From: Spirochaetia bacterium
Lineage (GTDB): Bacteria > Spirochaetota > Spirochaetia > CAKZLE01
Direction: 5' to 3'
Assembly (NCBI GenBank): GCA_963677595.1
Contig: OY782041.1
Coordinates: forward strand, 2,560,001-2,624,000
DNA: 64,000 nucleotides
Shown piece by piece: positions 60,855 to 64,000 of the stretch. The notes beneath the pieces are model-generated. The model worked only from the letters and a program-made list of their open reading frames with translations. It did no database searches and was not told the DNA's origin. The first letter of the stretch is position 1; each line of letters begins with the position of its first letter. Both the position numbers and the translations under genes were made by a program.

Positions 60855-61708
60855 AGTTCTTTTCTGCCGTAGCAAACCCCATGGTGCCGTTCATACGGTA
60901 CGCACTCATCGCAGGCCTGCTCTCCTCCATAGCGTTCGGGATGGTAGGCTCATTCGTCGTCGTGAGGCGGATCACCTATATAGCGGGGGCGATCAGCCAT
61001 GCTGCATTGGCAGGGCTCGGAGCCTCGGTCTATTTGAGTACCGTCTACTCGATCACCTGGCTGACTCCGCTGGCGGGGGCCATGGCTGCGGCAGTCCTCT
61101 CCGCCTGGTCCATCGGCTGGGTCTCACTCTATGCCTCGGAACGGGAGGACACGGTGATCGGGACGATCTGGGCGGTAGGCATGGCGATCGGGCTGATCTT
61201 CATCGCGAAGACCCCTGGGTACATCGACCCGATGAGCTACCTCTTCGGGAACATCCTGCTGATCGGGAAGGGGGACCTCCTGCTGATCACGGTGCTCAAT
61301 ATCGTGGTGGTCGGGGTGATCATCCTCTTCTACCCGCAGCTGAAGGCCCTGAGCTTCGACGAGCCCTTCGCAAGGACGAGACGGGTCCCGACCGGCTTCT
61401 TCACGATGCTGCTGCTGACGGTGATCGCCTTCACCGTCGTACTGATGGTCTCCACGGTGGGGATCGTCATGGTGATCGCCATGCTCACCATCCCGGCCGC
61501 GACCGGCGGGCTGCTGGTGAAGCGGCTGTTTCCCATGATGGTGTTGGCAGGCCTCTTCTGCGCCGTCTCGAATACGTTAGGTCTCGGGATCAGCTACACC
61601 CTGGATCTCCCCACCGGTGCGACGAGCATCCTGGTAAGCGGTGTGATCTACCTTGCGGTCCTGCTCTCTAAGAAGGTACGAAGACGCATCCGGCCTCAGA
61701 CAGACTGA
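60848..61708 (+). CDS. znuB: Zinc ABC permease
   Basis: ISHAALAG, YLFGNIL. Confidence 0.88.
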   Translation: MLEFFSAVANPMVPFIRYALIAGLLSSIAFGMVGSFVVVRRITYIAGAISHAALAGLGASVYLSTVYSITWLTPLAGAMAAAVLSAWSIGWVSLYASEREDTVIGTIWAVGMAIGLIFIAKTPGYIDPMSYLFGNILLIGKGDLLLITVLNIVVVGVIILFYPQLKALSFDEPFARTRRVPTGFFTMLLLTVIAFTVVLMVSTVGIVMVIAMLTIPAATGGLLVKRLFPMMVLAGLFCAVSNTLGLGISYTLDLPTGATSILVSGVIYLAVLLSKKVRRRIRPQTD

Positions 61709-63357
61709 TCCGGCAGCAGCCCGGCCTCCTGGAGCTCGAGGAGCTTCTCCTCCTCCAGGCTGTCAGTCTCCCCGGCAATGAACCGTGCGGTCTCCCGGTC
61801 CGCGTAGTAGAGTGCAGGTTCCCCCTCGAGGAGGTAGGAGACGATGATCGTCTCCTCTTCTCCCACCATCCCCGCGATATCTTCAAGGCTCAGGATCCCC
61901 TGCTCACATAACTCGATGACGGCGAGCGGGTCGTACCGATAGGTCGTCACGGTGACTGCCTGTCCATCCGCACCCCGGGCATCCCCCTCATGGAAGTAGG
62001 TGACCAGGTCCACTGCGAGATCAGTCAGTTGCGGTATCCCTGCAGCCTGGTAGACGTCAGTGATGGCCCTCCCCTGGTAGGAGAACGGCTCTTCCCCTTC
62101 ATATGGTGGGGGGGCAGCCTGGAAGAAGGCTGAGGGGGTGAGCCCTGAGGCAGAGAGGATGATGTCGAACCAGGTGACGGCCCTCCCCTCATTGTAGAGA
62201 CGGACGACCTTCTCGGTGAAGGCAGCAGCTGCTGCCATATCATCGGCGGAGAAGGTCGGCGTGGAGCAGACGAGGTACTCCTTTTCTTCGTCGTAGGTGA
62301 TCAGGTACTCCTCAGCACGGTCGTAGAGTTCGGTCCCCGGCAGGATCGCGAGCGGAAAGATGTCGAGGTGGTTCGGCACCATGCCCATGGCATAGTCGAA
62401 GCTCTCATAGAAGCCCTCGAGGGTATCGCCCGGAAGGCCGTAGATCAGGTCGAAGCCGTAGGGGACCTCCCGCTCATGCAGGAGGTAGATATGGTCGCTA
62501 AACTGCTGCGCATCGAACCTGCGGTTGATCAGGGAGAGTACGTCCGGGTGGATGCTCTGCAGGCCGATCTGCAGGGCGCAGTCCAGCCCGGAGAGCAGGT
62601 CGCCGAGCTCTTCGTCGATGAACTCGGCCCGTATCTCCATCATGTAGTGGATCCACGGGGCTTTCTCGATCAGCATCTGCAGCAGCCCCTTGGCAGTCGG
62701 CAGGTGATAGTTGAAGGTCGGGTCGAGGATGAAGATCTCCCTGACCCCCTTCTTGACGAAGAGTTCGAGCTCATTGGAGATCCGCATCTTGGAGAATCTC
62801 CTCAGCGAGGTCTCCCCCCGTGACTCGAAGCAGAAGGCGCACCGGAATGGGCAGCCCCGTGAGAGTTCCCAGAGGACTCCTGTGTGATCGGCAAGGTCGA
62901 TCGTGCCGTCAAGGTAGGGTGAGGGGAGGGTGGCGAGGTCCGGATGCCCCGGAACGTCTCCTCGTGCGGGGTCGAGCAGCTTTGCTGTCTTGAGCTCCCC
63001 CTCTCCCACGATGACGGAGTCAATACACGCAAGGGCCTCATAGAACCCCGGTCTGGCGGTCGGCTCGGGACCCCCGACGATGACCCTGCACCCCGGGAGG
63101 GCTTCCTTGAGCAGTGCTGCTGTCTGGAGCGAGAGTTCCCGGTTCCAGAGGTAGATCGAGAACCCGACGAGATCGGGCCCGAAGGAGATGATCCTCCCCA
63201 GGATCTCGTCTGCGTGCTCATGCAGATAGGCATTCATGACAAGGATCTCATAGCTTTCGTTCAGCTGCTGCTTCAGGGCTGCTGCCACCGATGCGGCGCC
63301 GAGCGGGACTGCCCGCGGGGACTCTTCTATATGGATTGATACGAACAGGATTCTCAT
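61696..63357 (-). CDS. B12-binding radical SAM protein
   Basis: GFSIYLWN, GGPE, GEGE, SRGCPFRCAFC, YGLPGDT; start may be 63363. Confidence 0.88.
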   Translation of the reverse strand: MRILFVSIHIEESPRAVPLGAASVAAALKQQLNESYEILVMNAYLHEHADEILGRIISFGPDLVGFSIYLWNRELSLQTAALLKEALPGCRVIVGGPEPTARPGFYEALACIDSVIVGEGELKTAKLLDPARGDVPGHPDLATLPSPYLDGTIDLADHTGVLWELSRGCPFRCAFCFESRGETSLRRFSKMRISNELELFVKKGVREIFILDPTFNYHLPTAKGLLQMLIEKAPWIHYMMEIRAEFIDEELGDLLSGLDCALQIGLQSIHPDVLSLINRRFDAQQFSDHIYLLHEREVPYGFDLIYGLPGDTLEGFYESFDYAMGMVPNHLDIFPLAILPGTELYDRAEEYLITYDEEKEYLVCSTPTFSADDMAAAAAFTEKVVRLYNEGRAVTWFDIILSASGLTPSAFFQAAPPPYEGEEPFSYQGRAITDVYQAAGIPQLTDLAVDLVTYFHEGDARGADGQAVTVTTYRYDPLAVIELCEQGILSLEDIAGMVGEEETIIVSYLLEGEPALYYADRETARFIAGETDSLEEEKLLELQEAGLLPDQSV

Positions 63358-63616
63358 AGCCATACCATACGGGAAAGAGGCGGAAATGTTTAGTCCCACA
63401 TTCCTCACTTTCATGACGCACACATAGCAGGATTTTCCATTTCAGGAAAGGATTGAGACTACGAAGGGCTATTCATCCTTACCGATCCTCCACACGGCAT
63501 AAAAATCGGCAAATCCGCCTGGTTGCTACCCCGTCTGAACAGACATGCTGATGATCAGGACAGTAACCAGCCTTCTCATAGGTTCTGAGGATCAGACGCA
63601 GGTACACCTACGAAGT

Positions 63617-64000
63617 TCATGCATGCAGAGAGGTCAGGACACACCTCACCCCCTTGTCGTAGAATACGCGTTCATCAAGACCCAATGCAGACAGGAAGGC
63701 CAACTGACGGGAAGAGAGCGGATTTACCAGCACCGCTTCTGCTCCCATCTCTGCCGCCATGATACCGCCAAACACGGTACTCATCATGAATGAAGTCGGC
63801 TTTGCCGTCGGTTTGTTGTCCCAGCCTGGTACCGTAGTACCTTCCTTCTGGAGATACCGCCGCATCTGCCGCTCCATCAACCGCCAGACCATCAGGGCGA
63901 TCACGAGAATCATCCCCAATGCATCTATGCGGGAAGGGGTTTTCAGAAACAGGTCATTGACTACCAGGGGATCCTTGAGGAATGAAAAATCACTCTCGAT
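63617..64000 (-). mobile_element. IS1634-family transposase C-terminus (partial, runs off window end)
   Basis: IESDFSFLKDP..LFLKTPSRIDAL..ALMVWRLMERQMR..KPT. Confidence 0.85.

Noticed and set aside
63395-63435. Possible terminal IR of the partial IS1634 (CCCACATTCCTCA or CACACATAGCAGG)
   Set aside because: The partner end lies outside the window, so the boundary and any DR cannot be verified.

Overview
A GC-rich chromosomal window, probably from a free-living anaerobic spirochaete (inferred from the BMP/Rfu-type transporters, the long spirochaete-type Prs and the 'GAQE/GTAE'-style solute-binding protein N-termini). Housekeeping content includes an FMN-riboswitch-controlled RfuABCD-like transporter, prs, an Hpt/HD-GYP pair, divergent ADH and AOR operons, argCJBD with ARG boxes, a purine-type BMP ABC transporter, a glucosylglycerate (GH13_18/GT4/ycjNOP-like) cluster, katG, leuCD, trxA, a wHTH-GmhB-Sua5 triple fusion and znuACB led by an RHH-Cys/His protein. 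There are five IS elements: two IS110-superfamily, one IS1595 nested in the second of them, one complete IS1634 with a ~212-bp target duplication and one partial IS1634. The most striking signal is in the two divergent IS110-type elements. Each has sub-terminal IRs, an inferred AA core and a promoter that forms only at the circle junction. Each also has an upstream non-coding region with a covarying RNA structure whose guide segments match that element's own target and donor sites, i.e. a bridge/seek-type RNA with the right guide placed before the left guide. No CRISPR array, rRNA or tRNA was recognised.
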